Positions 10,802 through 20,416 of a stretch of 49,247 bases of DNA are shown in pieces. This DNA comes from Candidatus Asbonarchaeum danakilense (GTDB lineage: Archaea > Nanohalarchaeota > Nanosalinia > Nanosalinales > Nanoanaerosalinaceae). The notes under the pieces are model-generated. The model was not told where the DNA came from, searched no databases, and saw nothing but the letters and a program-made list of their open reading frames with translations. The stretch lies in contig JAXINV010000018.1 in the NCBI GenBank assembly GCA_034190465.1, forward strand, positions 1 through 49,247, read 5' to 3'. Position numbers and translations under genes: made by a program. Positions within the stretch are counted from its first letter, which is position 1, and each line of letters begins with the position of its first letter.

Positions 10802-11248
10802 ATGTCAGGTATCGTCGATCGGTGGGTTGATCAGCTGGAGGAGACGCTGCTGGAGGCGGCAGACCGGTTCCCGCAGCAGGAGACGCGTGCAGGAGTTCTT
10901 GGCGGCTTCCACGGCGCGGACTTTCCTTCATACCTTGCGGAACAGGCATCCGCCTATACTGGAGAAGAAGCATATGCTGATGAGCTTGACGACGATGCAT
11001 CGTACACGATAGGAGGCAAGGCCATGGACCGCTTCCTGGACAGGGAGGAGTACGGCGGGTGGCGAGATATGACGGAGTCGCTGTCGTTCGCCGCCGGTCA
11101 GTTCGGCGGTCTGATGGCGCCGGGTCTGCTGTACGCGGCGACGATGAACCCGGTCTTCCTCGCCGGGTACGCGGTCGGCCCTGCCGTGAATGCTGCCAAC
11201 TACCTGGAGGACATGTACCGCGACGACACGTTCGACGAACACGTCTAA
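10802..11248 (+). CDS. hypothetical protein with C-terminal hydrophobic hairpin
   Basis: 148 aa acidic ORF, TTTAAA about 27 nt upstream (leaderless). Confidence 0.65.
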   Translation: MSGIVDRWVDQLEETLLEAADRFPQQETRAGVLGGFHGADFPSYLAEQASAYTGEEAYADELDDDASYTIGGKAMDRFLDREEYGGWRDMTESLSFAAGQFGGLMAPGLLYAATMNPVFLAGYAVGPAVNAANYLEDMYRDDTFDEHV

Positions 11249-11622
11249 CCGCTGCGTTCGGTTTCAAGGAGCTTCTCTTTCAGTCCTGGATACTGGTAGC
11301 CGCCGATCCCGTCCGCCGCGACAACACGGTGACAGGGGACGATGACCGGGACAGGGTTCCGGCCGCACGCCCGACCGACCGCGACCGCTGCGGTGTCAAG
11401 CTCGGCGGCCAGTTCTCCGTAGGTGCGCTTCTCGCTGTACGGGATCTCCGCTATCGCCTGCATCGCCCTGCCGAGGAACGAGTCCGGGAACGCGACGGCC
11501 AGGTCGAATGAGTGGCGTCGCCCGTCCAGGTACGCGTTGACCTGCTGCCGGATGGCGTCAGTTTCCGCATCGATCAGGTCCGCGTCGACCGTGACGTTGG
11601 TGCCGAGCACGTCAAGCTCCAT
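11245..11622 (-). CDS. ogt: methylated-DNA--protein-cysteine methyltransferase
   Basis: TYGELA, AVGRAC..NP and the catalytic PCHRVV motif. Confidence 0.95.
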   Translation of the reverse strand: MELDVLGTNVTVDADLIDAETDAIRQQVNAYLDGRRHSFDLAVAFPDSFLGRAMQAIAEIPYSEKRTYGELAAELDTAAVAVGRACGRNPVPVIVPCHRVVAADGIGGYQYPGLKEKLLETERSG

Positions 11623-12223
11623 CGTCCGCTACCAGCTCCCTGATATCGTCCTGCACCGGGCCGATGTCGCGTTCCGCGTCCACGATCGCCCACTGTTCCG
11701 CGAAGACGCCGTCGTCGATCAGGGCATGGTACGACCGGTCAACGGCTTTTTGGTTCGCGGTGTCCTCCTCGTACCGGTCCAGCTCGTCTTTCTCACCTTG
11801 TTTCCGTTCCTGGGCGGTAGCGACGTCGCAGTCGAGGTAGATGGCGAGGTCGGGGACGGGGAAGTCGAACAGCTCGGCGAACGCCAGCATGTCGTCCAGC
11901 TCCATACCGTTGACAGCCTGGTAGGCCAGCGTTGAGGTGAGGTACCGGTCGCAGACGACGGTGGCGCCGCTTTCCAGCTGCTCTCGGATCGTGTCGAGGT
12001 CACGGACCATGTTGGCGGTGTAGATGAGGAACTGTTCCTCGGTGGTCAGGTCGAACGCGCCGTCGAGGAACCGGTCGAGCAGGTCGCCGGTCGCCCGCGT
12101 GTAGTCGGGATAGGTGTAGAAGTATGCGTCGCCCTGCTCATCCAGCTGTTCGTGCAGCAGCTTGGCCTGTGTACCGCAGCCGGCCCCGTCGATTCCCTCG
12201 ATGACGACGAGCTTCCCGTCCAC
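11612..12223 (-). CDS. tmk: dTMP kinase paralog with degenerate P-loop
   Basis: IEGIDGAGCGTQ, DRY..STLAYQ and PDLAIYLD motifs. GTG start at 12223 with GGTGA SD. Confidence 0.85.
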   Translation of the reverse strand: MDGKLVVIEGIDGAGCGTQAKLLHEQLDEQGDAYFYTYPDYTRATGDLLDRFLDGAFDLTTEEQFLIYTANMVRDLDTIREQLESGATVVCDRYLTSTLAYQAVNGMELDDMLAFAELFDFPVPDLAIYLDCDVATAQERKQGEKDELDRYEEDTANQKAVDRSYHALIDDGVFAEQWAIVDAERDIGPVQDDIRELVADDGA

Positions 12224-12227
12224 GGAA

Positions 12228-12911
12228 TCACCGCTGCAGGTCTGCTTCGAGCATGGTTTCGAGACGGTCGACCAGGTCGCTGTGGATGTTGTCAATGGAA
12301 CGGATGTCATCATCTTCCACGCAGTCGATGACTGTCCAGTGCTCCTGTTCCGCCAGGTCGAGATACCGCTCCGCGACCTTTCGCTGGAACTCGACGTCTT
12401 TCTCGTGGATGTCCTTGTTCTCCCCGTCCAGATAGTCGCGTTCGCCCTTCTCCGCCATGAACTTCCGTGCTGCCTCGATCGGAAGGTTGAGGAAGAAGAC
12501 GTGGTCGGGCTGCGGCAGCCGGGAGTCGACCTGTTTCATCCAGTCCACGAGCTCGTCCTGTTCGTCCTCAGGGACATCGACGGTCTGGTAGGCGAAGTTG
12601 GACTGGGAGTACCGGTTCGCGATCAGGATGCCGCCGCTGTCGAGGAAGTCCTGGTACTCGTCTTTGAACTGGTACCGGTCGAGCGAGTACAGCAGGGAGC
12701 GGAGCTCGACAGGGAGGTCATCCATATCCCCGTACTCGCCGCGGAGGTAGTCGGCGACGAGCTGCCCGAACTCGGTGTCGTAGGCGGGGAACTCGGCGTA
12801 TTTGACATCGTGGCCGTTCTCCTCCAGGCGTTCTGTGAGGCGGCGTGCCTGTGTTTCCTTCCCCGATGCGTCGGTCCCCTCGATGACGATGAACAGCCCG
12901 TCGTCTGGCAT
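12228..12911 (-). CDS. tmk: dTMP kinase
   Basis: IEGTDASGKETQ P-loop, NRYSQSNFAYQ, PDHVFFL and DIHE motifs. Confidence 0.92.
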   Translation of the reverse strand: MPDDGLFIVIEGTDASGKETQARRLTERLEENGHDVKYAEFPAYDTEFGQLVADYLRGEYGDMDDLPVELRSLLYSLDRYQFKDEYQDFLDSGGILIANRYSQSNFAYQTVDVPEDEQDELVDWMKQVDSRLPQPDHVFFLNLPIEAARKFMAEKGERDYLDGENKDIHEKDVEFQRKVAERYLDLAEQEHWTVIDCVEDDDIRSIDNIHSDLVDRLETMLEADLQR

Positions 12912-12995
12912 GCAGTCTCTTTGTCACGAAGTCATAAAAATCTCGTTCATCTTGATATCGGCGGGGTTGGCTGTCGATGTTGGTGGTGAACGAGG

Positions 12996-14144
12996 ATGGC
13001 GCTTGATTTTGAATTCGTCCTGGTGCTGGCTATCGTCTATGCCACGACGTACGCGTTCAAGTTCCTTGAGCAGTACGATATCCCGGTGCTCGCGGTCGAG
13101 ATACTTGCCGGGCTTGTCTTCGGATCGATGCTGGGGCTTGTCGGGCCAGGAATACACGGTTATGAGGTCCTTATGGCGATGGCGTCGTTCGGGTTGATGA
13201 TGATAATGTTCGACGCTGGACTGGAGCTTGATCCGGAGATCGTGCTCGAAAACCCGCGGATGATCTCGAAGCTGGCGGTGCTGACGTTCTTCCTGCCGTT
13301 CCTGGCGGGTATCGGACTGGCGCTGTTCCTGGAGCTCGGTCTGTTCGCCGCGTTCCTGGTCGGGATCACGATATCGACGACCTCGATGGGGCTGGTCTAC
13401 CCGTTGCTGGAGGATTACGGGATGCTGGAGACGGAACGGGGACAGGTGATTCTGTCGGTGACGGTGATGAACGATATCCTGTCGATGGTCGCTCTTGCCT
13501 ACGGGATCACATTCATGGTGTCGTCGAGCCCGGTGACGGGCGCTGTCGTTGTGACGGCGGTACTTTTGTTTGTCTTCGTCGCTGCGCCGCTGTTCCTGGT
13601 GGATCGGCTGTCGGAGCTGCTGGAGGAAAAGGTGTTCGACAACCCTGTCAAGGTTGGGGTGCTCTCGATGCTGGCTGTGTCGTTCCTGATGGAGGTCATC
13701 GGTATCCACGCCATCCTGGGAGCGTTCTTCGCCGGGCTGCTGATAGCTGAGATAACGCATGCCGGGCACAGGGTTGAACGGTCGATGAAACCGATCCTGG
13801 ATCTGACGGCCCCTGTGTTCTTCTTCTACGTCGGGATGAACATCAGTTTCGGAGGGGTGGTGTCCGGTGCCCCGCTCCTGCTTGTGGCGGTGATAGCGCT
13901 GGGCCTGCTGTCCAAGATGGTTGGGGCGGCTATCGGTGGATGGATAACGGGCATGGGCCGGAAGACGACGGCTTTACTGGCATCGGCGATGCCAGGACGG
14001 CTCAGCATCAGCGTGGCGGCGGCAGAGATCGGACTGGCTCAGGGCGTTCTTTCGCAGGAGCTGTACAACACGTTCATCGTCCTCTCCGTGCTCTCGGTGT
14101 TCGTCGCCAGTCTGCTGTTCCGGCACTTCGTGGATGAGAACTAG
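12996..14144 (+). CDS. cation:proton antiporter (CPA2/KefB-like)
   Basis: about 12 TM helices with MFDAGLE, STTS, ND, ILGAFFAGL and PVFF..VG motifs. Confidence 0.92.
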   Translation: MALDFEFVLVLAIVYATTYAFKFLEQYDIPVLAVEILAGLVFGSMLGLVGPGIHGYEVLMAMASFGLMMIMFDAGLELDPEIVLENPRMISKLAVLTFFLPFLAGIGLALFLELGLFAAFLVGITISTTSMGLVYPLLEDYGMLETERGQVILSVTVMNDILSMVALAYGITFMVSSSPVTGAVVVTAVLLFVFVAAPLFLVDRLSELLEEKVFDNPVKVGVLSMLAVSFLMEVIGIHAILGAFFAGLLIAEITHAGHRVERSMKPILDLTAPVFFFYVGMNISFGGVVSGAPLLLVAVIALGLLSKMVGAAIGGWITGMGRKTTALLASAMPGRLSISVAAAEIGLAQGVLSQELYNTFIVLSVLSVFVASLLFRHFVDEN

Positions 14145-14150
14145 TGCGGG

Positions 14151-14573
14151 CTATCGGACGCGTTCCAGCGCGGTGGTCTCGTTCGCGGTGACTATCTCTC
14201 TGAACGTCTCCCGGTCGATCCATCGCGCCCTGTCGTGCTCGTCGCTCAGCTCGAGGTCAAGCTGTCCGACGGTCAGCAGGACGGGGTGGAACGTGATCTC
14301 CAGACGCTGCCCGTCCTCGTCCTGCGTCCGTTCGTACGTTCCACCGATCGACATGACTGTGCCGTCCAGGCCGGTCTCCTCCCGGAGTTCCCGCCGTGCC
14401 GCGTCGCGGATGTCCTGGTAGCTGTACGGTGGTTCTGCCTCGATCTTGCCGCCTGGGATCTCCCACGGGTTCCTGCTGTACCGTTCCCGTTCCTCGCGGT
14501 AGTCCCTGGCCTTGCTGAGGATGAGGAGTCTGTCTTCGTGCCTCACAACGTCCATGACGACGTCAATCTGCAT
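14151..14573 (-). CDS. NUDIX hydrolase
   Basis: WEIPGG...AARRELREETGL Nudix box (with a short insertion) and LSDEH. Confidence 0.9.
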   Translation of the reverse strand: MQIDVVMDVVRHEDRLLILSKARDYREERERYSRNPWEIPGGKIEAEPPYSYQDIRDAARRELREETGLDGTVMSIGGTYERTQDEDGQRLEITFHPVLLTVGQLDLELSDEHDRARWIDRETFREIVTANETTALERVR

Positions 14574-14577
14574 TGAG

Positions 14578-14781
14578 CTATTCGGCGTCCCCGCCTGCCA
14601 GGTACCAGATGACCATGGAGGCGAGGAAGTAGAAGGCGGTGAAGCCGGTGAGGAAGGTGAGGTTGAAGATCTGCTGGTCGGTGAACTGACCCATGATCGC
14701 TATGCCGATGATACCGGCAAGCCATCCAAGGCTGGCCTGTTTGAAGTCGATGACCGCCTGCTTGTTCAGTGAAAGGTCCAT
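14578..14781 (-). CDS. small two-TM membrane protein
   Basis: 67 aa from the ATG at 14781 (MDLSLNKQ...), two hydrophobic segments. Confidence 0.7.
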   Translation of the reverse strand: MDLSLNKQAVIDFKQASLGWLAGIIGIAIMGQFTDQQIFNLTFLTGFTAFYFLASMVIWYLAGGDAE

Positions 14782-14786
14782 GGGAG

Positions 14787-14897
14787 CGGACCCGGTGGGA
14801 TTCGAACCCACGACCTACAGCTATCGCCGAACTCCCGCGTTACGATCCGCCAGGGTTCGTAGGAGGCTGTCGCTCTGTCCAGCTGAGCTACGGGCCC
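14787..14897 (-). tRNA. tRNA-Arg(CCT) with 37-nt intron at canonical 37/38 (intron 14823-14859)
   Basis: GGGCCCG/CGGGTCC acceptor, GCTC/GAGC D-stem, ACAGC/GCTGT anticodon stem and GTGGG-TTCGAAT-CCCAC T-arm. The intron forms a relaxed bulge-helix-bulge (CTCC:GGCG central helix, GAAC:GTTC outer helix). Confidence 0.95.
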
Positions 14898-14993
14898 ACG
14901 GTACCGATGGACAAGGTTCTGACAGGGCAGGCTTAAAAATATCGCGCCGGGGCTGGTGAAAGCATAAAAAGCATCCAGACGGTTTATACATGT

Positions 14994-17507
14994 ATGCTCG
15001 GGGGTTGTCACGCAAAACGTCTCGTTCTTGCAGTGCTGGTGGCCGCCTGTGCCAGCACCGGCTTGGCAGGCGCGACGATCAGTCCCGATGTCGTCAACGA
15101 CAATCCACCGGTGACGCTCGAGTTCTCGATCACGAACGATGGCGGCCAGACGAACGAGGTAACGATCAAATCTCCGCTGACGAACGGTGGCTCGGAGGCG
15201 TTCTACATCTTGTCCGAAAACGAGGTGGACGCGCCCCAGGGATGGAACATCACGCTGCTCAACCGGGATGGTGACGGCACAAACGATGCGGTCCGGCTGA
15301 CGGATAACACGCTCTCGGGTGGTGGTTCCCTCTCCGTGAACATCACGTACAGCGGTGCCGGGCCGCAGGGGCAGTCGTTCGGCGTCAATCTGAGCAACGG
15401 TGAGAGCTACTCGGGGACGATCTTCGTCGACGGCACCGCGCCACAGGTCTCGTCGAAGGAGCCGACACGCGTCAACCTGACGGATGACCGACCGAGCATC
15501 GAGGCGTCGTTCAGCGACGGCCAGGGCATCGGTGTCGATACGGCGGAGCTCCGTCTCTTCCTCGACGGAACCGACATTACGGATAATTCATCGTTTTCGA
15601 CGACCAGCGCCAGCTACGATCCTACCGACGACCTCGCCGAGGGCCGGCACAACGTCTCGCTCTACCTGGTCGACAGGTTCGGCCACGACCGGTGGGTGAA
15701 CTGGACGTTCTCCCTTGCCGTGGCCCCGCTCCTCCGCAACCCGCGGCCGACAGGCGTCATCACTGAGCAACGGCCGACGTTCGAGGCAACCTACCTGGAT
15801 CCGTCGGCACTTGCGACTGACAGTTCTTCGGATACTCACTACTGGTTCCACGGAACGCGTTATGATGGAGGGGACGAGACGTTCTCCACAGAGAAAATCA
15901 ACGACACCGCATGGTATGTCAGACTTGATACCCCGGTCGAACTGTCTGATGGTTTCCACTGGATAAACCTCACGGCGCAGGACAGCAACGGGAACACGGC
16001 TACGCTGGACTGGAACGTGACGGTGGACACGACACCGCCGGTGTTCGATTCGATCTCCGTCTCCGACGGCGACACCTACACCGGCGATATGCCGATTTTC
16101 GTCACGGCGAGCGATGCGACGACGAGCGTCACGCGTGTCACGATGGAGATAGCCGATGAGGAGGACGAGGTCTCGGAGGAGATACAGGACGAGTTCCGCG
16201 GCCACATCGACACGACCGAGGTCGGCGACGGCACCCACACGCTGGAGGTGACGGCGTACGACGCGGCGGGCAACACACGGACCCGCAGGTTCGAGGTCAC
16301 GGTCGACAACAAGGAGCCACGGATTACGTACACCGACCTGTTCCCTGATCCGACCAACGTCCCGCCCCGACTCCAGGTGACGGCACGTGACGATGCGACA
16401 CAGGTGCTGGCGGCTGAGTACTACATTGGCGACGATCCCGGCACCGGCCAGGCCAACCCGCTGACCGTGACGAAACGGAACGAGCTGGAGACGACGTTCG
16501 AGGAGACGATCGATGTCAACGACCTGGAGAACGGCAATTATACACTGCACGTCAGGGTCAAGGACGGCGTTCAGCACTGGTCGGAGACACGGGAGATAAG
16601 CTTCGCGCTTGACAGGTCGTTGAAGGCAGCCATCGCGTTCGCCTCCGTCCCGGCCATCAGGAGCACTCAGGGCATCAGCACCACGACCCGGATCGATATA
16701 AAAAACACCGGGAAGGTTCCGGGCAAGGTCAACCTTTCTGTGGACGCCCCGTTCCCCGCCCAGGTGGTGAAGAACAACCGGCTGCTGCAGGCCGGTGCGA
16801 CCCGTGCCTTCTACGTGAACGTCTCTGTGCCAGAGAACACCTCGATCGGGAACTATACGGTCGATCTCGTCGCCTCGACGTCCTCAACGCTCGCCAATAC
16901 TTCGACAACCCTTGTGGTCGAGGCAGACGAGGAGACGCGGGCGGCGATCAATGGAACGTTCAGCGACCTGGAACAGCGTATCGAGAGACTTCAGGAGCGG
17001 AAGAACAACTGGAAGAAGCAGCTCAGCGATCACGTCATCCAGAACATCACGGAGCGGATAGCCGATCTGAACAGCACGTTGCAGCAGGCGCAGGATTCGA
17101 TGGAGGTCGGTAACTACCGGTATGCGAGGTCCGTAGCCGACGATCTGGCGGCGAACGTTGAGGAGGCCAGAGGAGACCTGGATACACAGATCCGGCAGTT
17201 CAAGCAGGCACGGAACAGGCGGAATATCATCATTGTCGCCATCGCCCTCATCATCACGACCGCTGCCGTGCTCTGGCACCGGTACACGCCGCCCGAGGAG
17301 GGCTTCCGCGGTGAGGCGGAACGGTTCATCCATAGGCCCGGTGGCAAGCACCCGCTCCAGGTCAGGGGCGAAGAAGTCCTTGAACGGCTCCGCGAGCGGC
17401 TGGAACACCGGAAGGAACAGGCCGCCCGTCTGATGCGCGACTACCGCTCAGACAGAGGGGACGAGGAAGAGCCCGAGGGCTGGGGCGGCTACAGTCCAGA
17501 GGCCTAG
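14994..17507 (+). CDS. large surface protein: signal peptide, Ig-like (Big) repeats, coiled coil, C-terminal TM anchor
   Basis: Repeated 'VDTTPP/VDGTAP/VDNKEP' and 'DGTHTLEVTAYDAAGN' Ig-like motifs, many N-x-S/T sequons, TM IIIVAIALIITTAAVLW. Confidence 0.85.
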   Translation: MLGGCHAKRLVLAVLVAACASTGLAGATISPDVVNDNPPVTLEFSITNDGGQTNEVTIKSPLTNGGSEAFYILSENEVDAPQGWNITLLNRDGDGTNDAVRLTDNTLSGGGSLSVNITYSGAGPQGQSFGVNLSNGESYSGTIFVDGTAPQVSSKEPTRVNLTDDRPSIEASFSDGQGIGVDTAELRLFLDGTDITDNSSFSTTSASYDPTDDLAEGRHNVSLYLVDRFGHDRWVNWTFSLAVAPLLRNPRPTGVITEQRPTFEATYLDPSALATDSSSDTHYWFHGTRYDGGDETFSTEKINDTAWYVRLDTPVELSDGFHWINLTAQDSNGNTATLDWNVTVDTTPPVFDSISVSDGDTYTGDMPIFVTASDATTSVTRVTMEIADEEDEVSEEIQDEFRGHIDTTEVGDGTHTLEVTAYDAAGNTRTRRFEVTVDNKEPRITYTDLFPDPTNVPPRLQVTARDDATQVLAAEYYIGDDPGTGQANPLTVTKRNELETTFEETIDVNDLENGNYTLHVRVKDGVQHWSETREISFALDRSLKAAIAFASVPAIRSTQGISTTTRIDIKNTGKVPGKVNLSVDAPFPAQVVKNNRLLQAGATRAFYVNVSVPENTSIGNYTVDLVASTSSTLANTSTTLVVEADEETRAAINGTFSDLEQRIERLQERKNNWKKQLSDHVIQNITERIADLNSTLQQAQDSMEVGNYRYARSVADDLAANVEEARGDLDTQIRQFKQARNRRNIIIVAIALIITTAAVLWHRYTPPEEGFRGEAERFIHRPGGKHPLQVRGEEVLERLRERLEHRKEQAARLMRDYRSDRGDEEEPEGWGGYSPEA

Positions 17508-18364
17508 AGCTCTGTAAGGAGGGAGACATCCTCGATCTCTTCTTTCGTCCCGTAGCCCTGGACGACAGCACCCGTGTCTCCCAGTTCTTCAGGACGGTGC
17601 TCCAACGCCCGTATGGCGGCGCTGGTGCCGAGTCCTGATATACCGGCTACAAGCATCCGCCGCCGCCCGTCGATCTCCGTCCGGGCAATGAGACCGGTCT
17701 CACCCCCGCTGAACGTGCCGCCGTCCTCCGTCAGGATGGTGTCGCCAGAAGGGTCGAACCGTGCTGGCATCGCGTCGTTCAGTTCGGCGGAGAGCGTATT
17801 CACGCGGAACCCAGCAACGCTGATCAGCGGATTGTTCCGTAGTTCATCCCGTTTTGCCACGTCCTCATCGGTGTAGATGAGCTGTGTGCTCTTCTTCCCG
17901 TAGTTTCCCAGCGTGCAGGCGATCTCTCCGGCCTTGTAGGCTGTCTGGTGTCGCCTCCCGTGCTGGCCGTGCGGGTACGGCGCCCCGACGACGATCTTCG
18001 TCCTGACCCGCCGTTCCCGGATGAACCCTTCCAGGATCGGCGGTACGTCGGATAGCATGACGGGGTTGTCCAGCGGCGAGAGGTCTTCCGGTCGGTAGTA
18101 GTACGCGGTGTCCGACGCGGTATAGTAGGACGGATGGCCGCCATCCTTCTCGAGCAGTTCGGCTGCCTCAAGCTGCTGGATGTGGTAGTACGTTGTCTGG
18201 CGGTCCTTCCCTATCTCATCAGCGATGTCCTCGACGGTCATCGACCGTTTCCGACAGATTTTCAGGATGTTGCGTCTGTCCGGGTTCGCCAGCGCCTCGA
18301 TCCCGCCGGTATCGAGCTGCTGGACGGGCAGGAACTCGTCCTTCGCCACAAGGTAGTCGAACAT
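17504..18364 (-). CDS. ArsR-type HTH regulator with C-terminal alpha/beta domain (VGAPYPHG family)
   Basis: LANPDRRNIL...TTYYHIQQLEAAELL winged HTH. Paralog of 24776-25723. Confidence 0.85.
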   Translation of the reverse strand: MFDYLVAKDEFLPVQQLDTGGIEALANPDRRNILKICRKRSMTVEDIADEIGKDRQTTYYHIQQLEAAELLEKDGGHPSYYTASDTAYYYRPEDLSPLDNPVMLSDVPPILEGFIRERRVRTKIVVGAPYPHGQHGRRHQTAYKAGEIACTLGNYGKKSTQLIYTDEDVAKRDELRNNPLISVAGFRVNTLSAELNDAMPARFDPSGDTILTEDGGTFSGGETGLIARTEIDGRRRMLVAGISGLGTSAAIRALEHRPEELGDTGAVVQGYGTKEEIEDVSLLTEL

Positions 18365-18462
18365 TGTATTACTATTTTGATAATTGATGGCCTGAATTTA
18401 AAATACTTTGATACAGACTCGATTTAAACATCCGGCTCGTTTTAACCACGCGGTGATCAACG

Positions 18463-19053
18463 ATGGCAGATACACTCATCATGATGCACGGCTACGACCC
18501 GGAAGGGATGGACGGCGGCCGTGCACCGGAAGACGTCTGGCAGGACAGGCTCGAGAAGACGTACGAACTGGCGGAAACACGTACAGCCATGGGGCTCGAT
18601 GTCGCGGTCGGGATCTCCGGCGGTGGCGACTACGACGGCAGGACCGAGGCCGAGATCGTCCGTGACTACGCGGAGGAGGAGCTCCCCGAACTGACCGACG
18701 ACTACACGCTCCACCTCGAGGAGGCTTCTACCGATACGCAGGAGTTCGTGGAGAACATCTACGACATCGCGAAGGAGGAAGGCGCTGGCGAGGTCACGAC
18801 AGTGACGAGCAAGGACCACGCCCCCCGTGTCCAGCGCAACCTGAGCAACGCAACGGAGGACATCGATGACGTCGTCTTCACCGTCGCTGCTTCGGAAGAA
18901 CACTACAGCGAGAACGGAAAGGATCCCTACATCGTCGAAGGAGCGTTCTCCGGCGACCTGATCGATGCCTTCAACCAGGTCTGGGGCGTCCCTGGCGACG
19001 CGTTATCGGACGCTGCTGAGGACGTGAAGGACGTCTTCGAACGCTACACATGA
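18463..19053 (+). CDS. YdcF/ElyC/SanA (DUF218) family protein
   Basis: ISGG...TEAE, LEEASTDTQE and VTSKDHAPR motifs. Confidence 0.8.
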   Translation: MADTLIMMHGYDPEGMDGGRAPEDVWQDRLEKTYELAETRTAMGLDVAVGISGGGDYDGRTEAEIVRDYAEEELPELTDDYTLHLEEASTDTQEFVENIYDIAKEEGAGEVTTVTSKDHAPRVQRNLSNATEDIDDVVFTVAASEEHYSENGKDPYIVEGAFSGDLIDAFNQVWGVPGDALSDAAEDVKDVFERYT

Positions 19054-19064
19054 GGAGGCGGGGG

Positions 19065-20342
19065 CTATCCCCGCTCCTCCAGGTACGCGTCCGCGACAGA
19101 CTCCAGCGCGTTGATGTACGCCGCAGTTCGGAAGCTGTCCAGGTCCTCGCGCTCGTACACCGCTGTCAGGTCGTCGAACGCATCCACCATCTTGTCCTCC
19201 AGCCGGTCGTTGACCTCCTGCTCGCCCCAGGTCTCGTCGGCCAGGTTCTGCACCCATTCGAAGTAGGAGACCGTCACGCCGCCGCTGTTCGCCAGGATGT
19301 CCGGCACGACATGGGCGTCCAGGTCGTCGTCCGCCGCGTACGTCACCGGACCGTTCGCTCCCTCCGCGACGATGTCCGCCTCGATGTCGTCCACGTTGTC
19401 CTCGTGGATCACGTCGCCGAGCGCTGCCGGCACCAGCAGGTCGACGTCCAGGGACAGCAGTTCGTCGTTGGTGAGCTCCTCCTCGGCGTCATACGCCGTC
19501 ACGGCACCCTGCTGGTCCTTGGTCTGTCTCACGGCATCGACGTCCAGCCCGTTCGCGTCGTACACCGCGCCGCTGGAATCACTGACCGCGACGATGTCTG
19601 CGCCCTTGTCTTCCAGCAGGTCAGCGGCGATCGAGCCGACGTTGCCGAAGCCCTGGACCGCGACCGTCGCGCCGTCCAGGTCTCTCCCGAGGTAGTCGAA
19701 CATCTCGCGGGACGTGATCGCGACCGAGCGGCCTGTCGCCTCGACCCTGCCGGCGCTGCCGCCGTCGGCAACGTCCTTGCCGGTCACGACACCGGGAGCG
19801 TCGCTGCCTGTCCCCTCTTCGTACGTCTCTCGCAGCCAGCCCATCTCCTCGGGGCCGGTGTTGACGTCGGGCGCGGGCACGTCGGTCTGCTCGCCGATGA
19901 ACGGTGCCAGCGCCTCGGTGTACGCCTCGGTGATCCGCCTGACCTCGTCCTCCGAGTAGTCATGCGGGTCGAAGCTGATCCCGCCCTTGCCGCCGCCCAT
20001 CGGGATGTCAGCGACCGCGGTCTTGTACGCCATCCAGCCGGACAGCGCCCGGACCTCGTCAGGGTTGACGTCTTCGTGGTAGCGGATTCCCCCCTTGTAC
20101 GGTCCGTTAACGTCATCATCGAGCTCGTCGACATCTGCGGTCCTGCCGCGCGAGTTGTTGAACTGGCTGCGGTATGCTGTAAAGTTCTCGTAGCTGCCAT
20201 CGTCCATCTCCGCGGAGATCTCGAACTGCAGGAACCGTTCCGGCTGTTTCAGTCGCTCCACCACCTGGTCATCGAGGTCGAGGTAGTCGGCTGCTTCGTC
20301 GAGTTGACCGTGTAGGCTTGCAAACGGGTTGCTGTCACTCAT
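19065..20342 (-). CDS. gdhA: Glu/Leu/Phe/Val dehydrogenase (glutamate dehydrogenase)
   Basis: [37 protein letters not shown] and [20 protein letters not shown] motifs. Confidence 0.96.
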   Translation of the reverse strand: MSDSNPFASLHGQLDEAADYLDLDDQVVERLKQPERFLQFEISAEMDDGSYENFTAYRSQFNNSRGRTADVDELDDDVNGPYKGGIRYHEDVNPDEVRALSGWMAYKTAVADIPMGGGKGGISFDPHDYSEDEVRRITEAYTEALAPFIGEQTDVPAPDVNTGPEEMGWLRETYEEGTGSDAPGVVTGKDVADGGSAGRVEATGRSVAITSREMFDYLGRDLDGATVAVQGFGNVGSIAADLLEDKGADIVAVSDSSGAVYDANGLDVDAVRQTKDQQGAVTAYDAEEELTNDELLSLDVDLLVPAALGDVIHEDNVDDIEADIVAEGANGPVTYAADDDLDAHVVPDILANSGGVTVSYFEWVQNLADETWGEQEVNDRLEDKMVDAFDDLTAVYEREDLDSFRTAAYINALESVADAYLEERG

Positions 20343-20416
20343 GGGGCACCACGCCTATCGCTACCTCACGGTCACACTTTAAACTATCCGGCCGCCCGGA
20401 GAAGGGTTAACGTTCG

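Noticed and set aside
19050-20315. 421-aa ORF antisense to gdhA
   Set aside because: Shadow ORF arising from high-GC codon bias. It has R/V/H-rich composition and no motifs.
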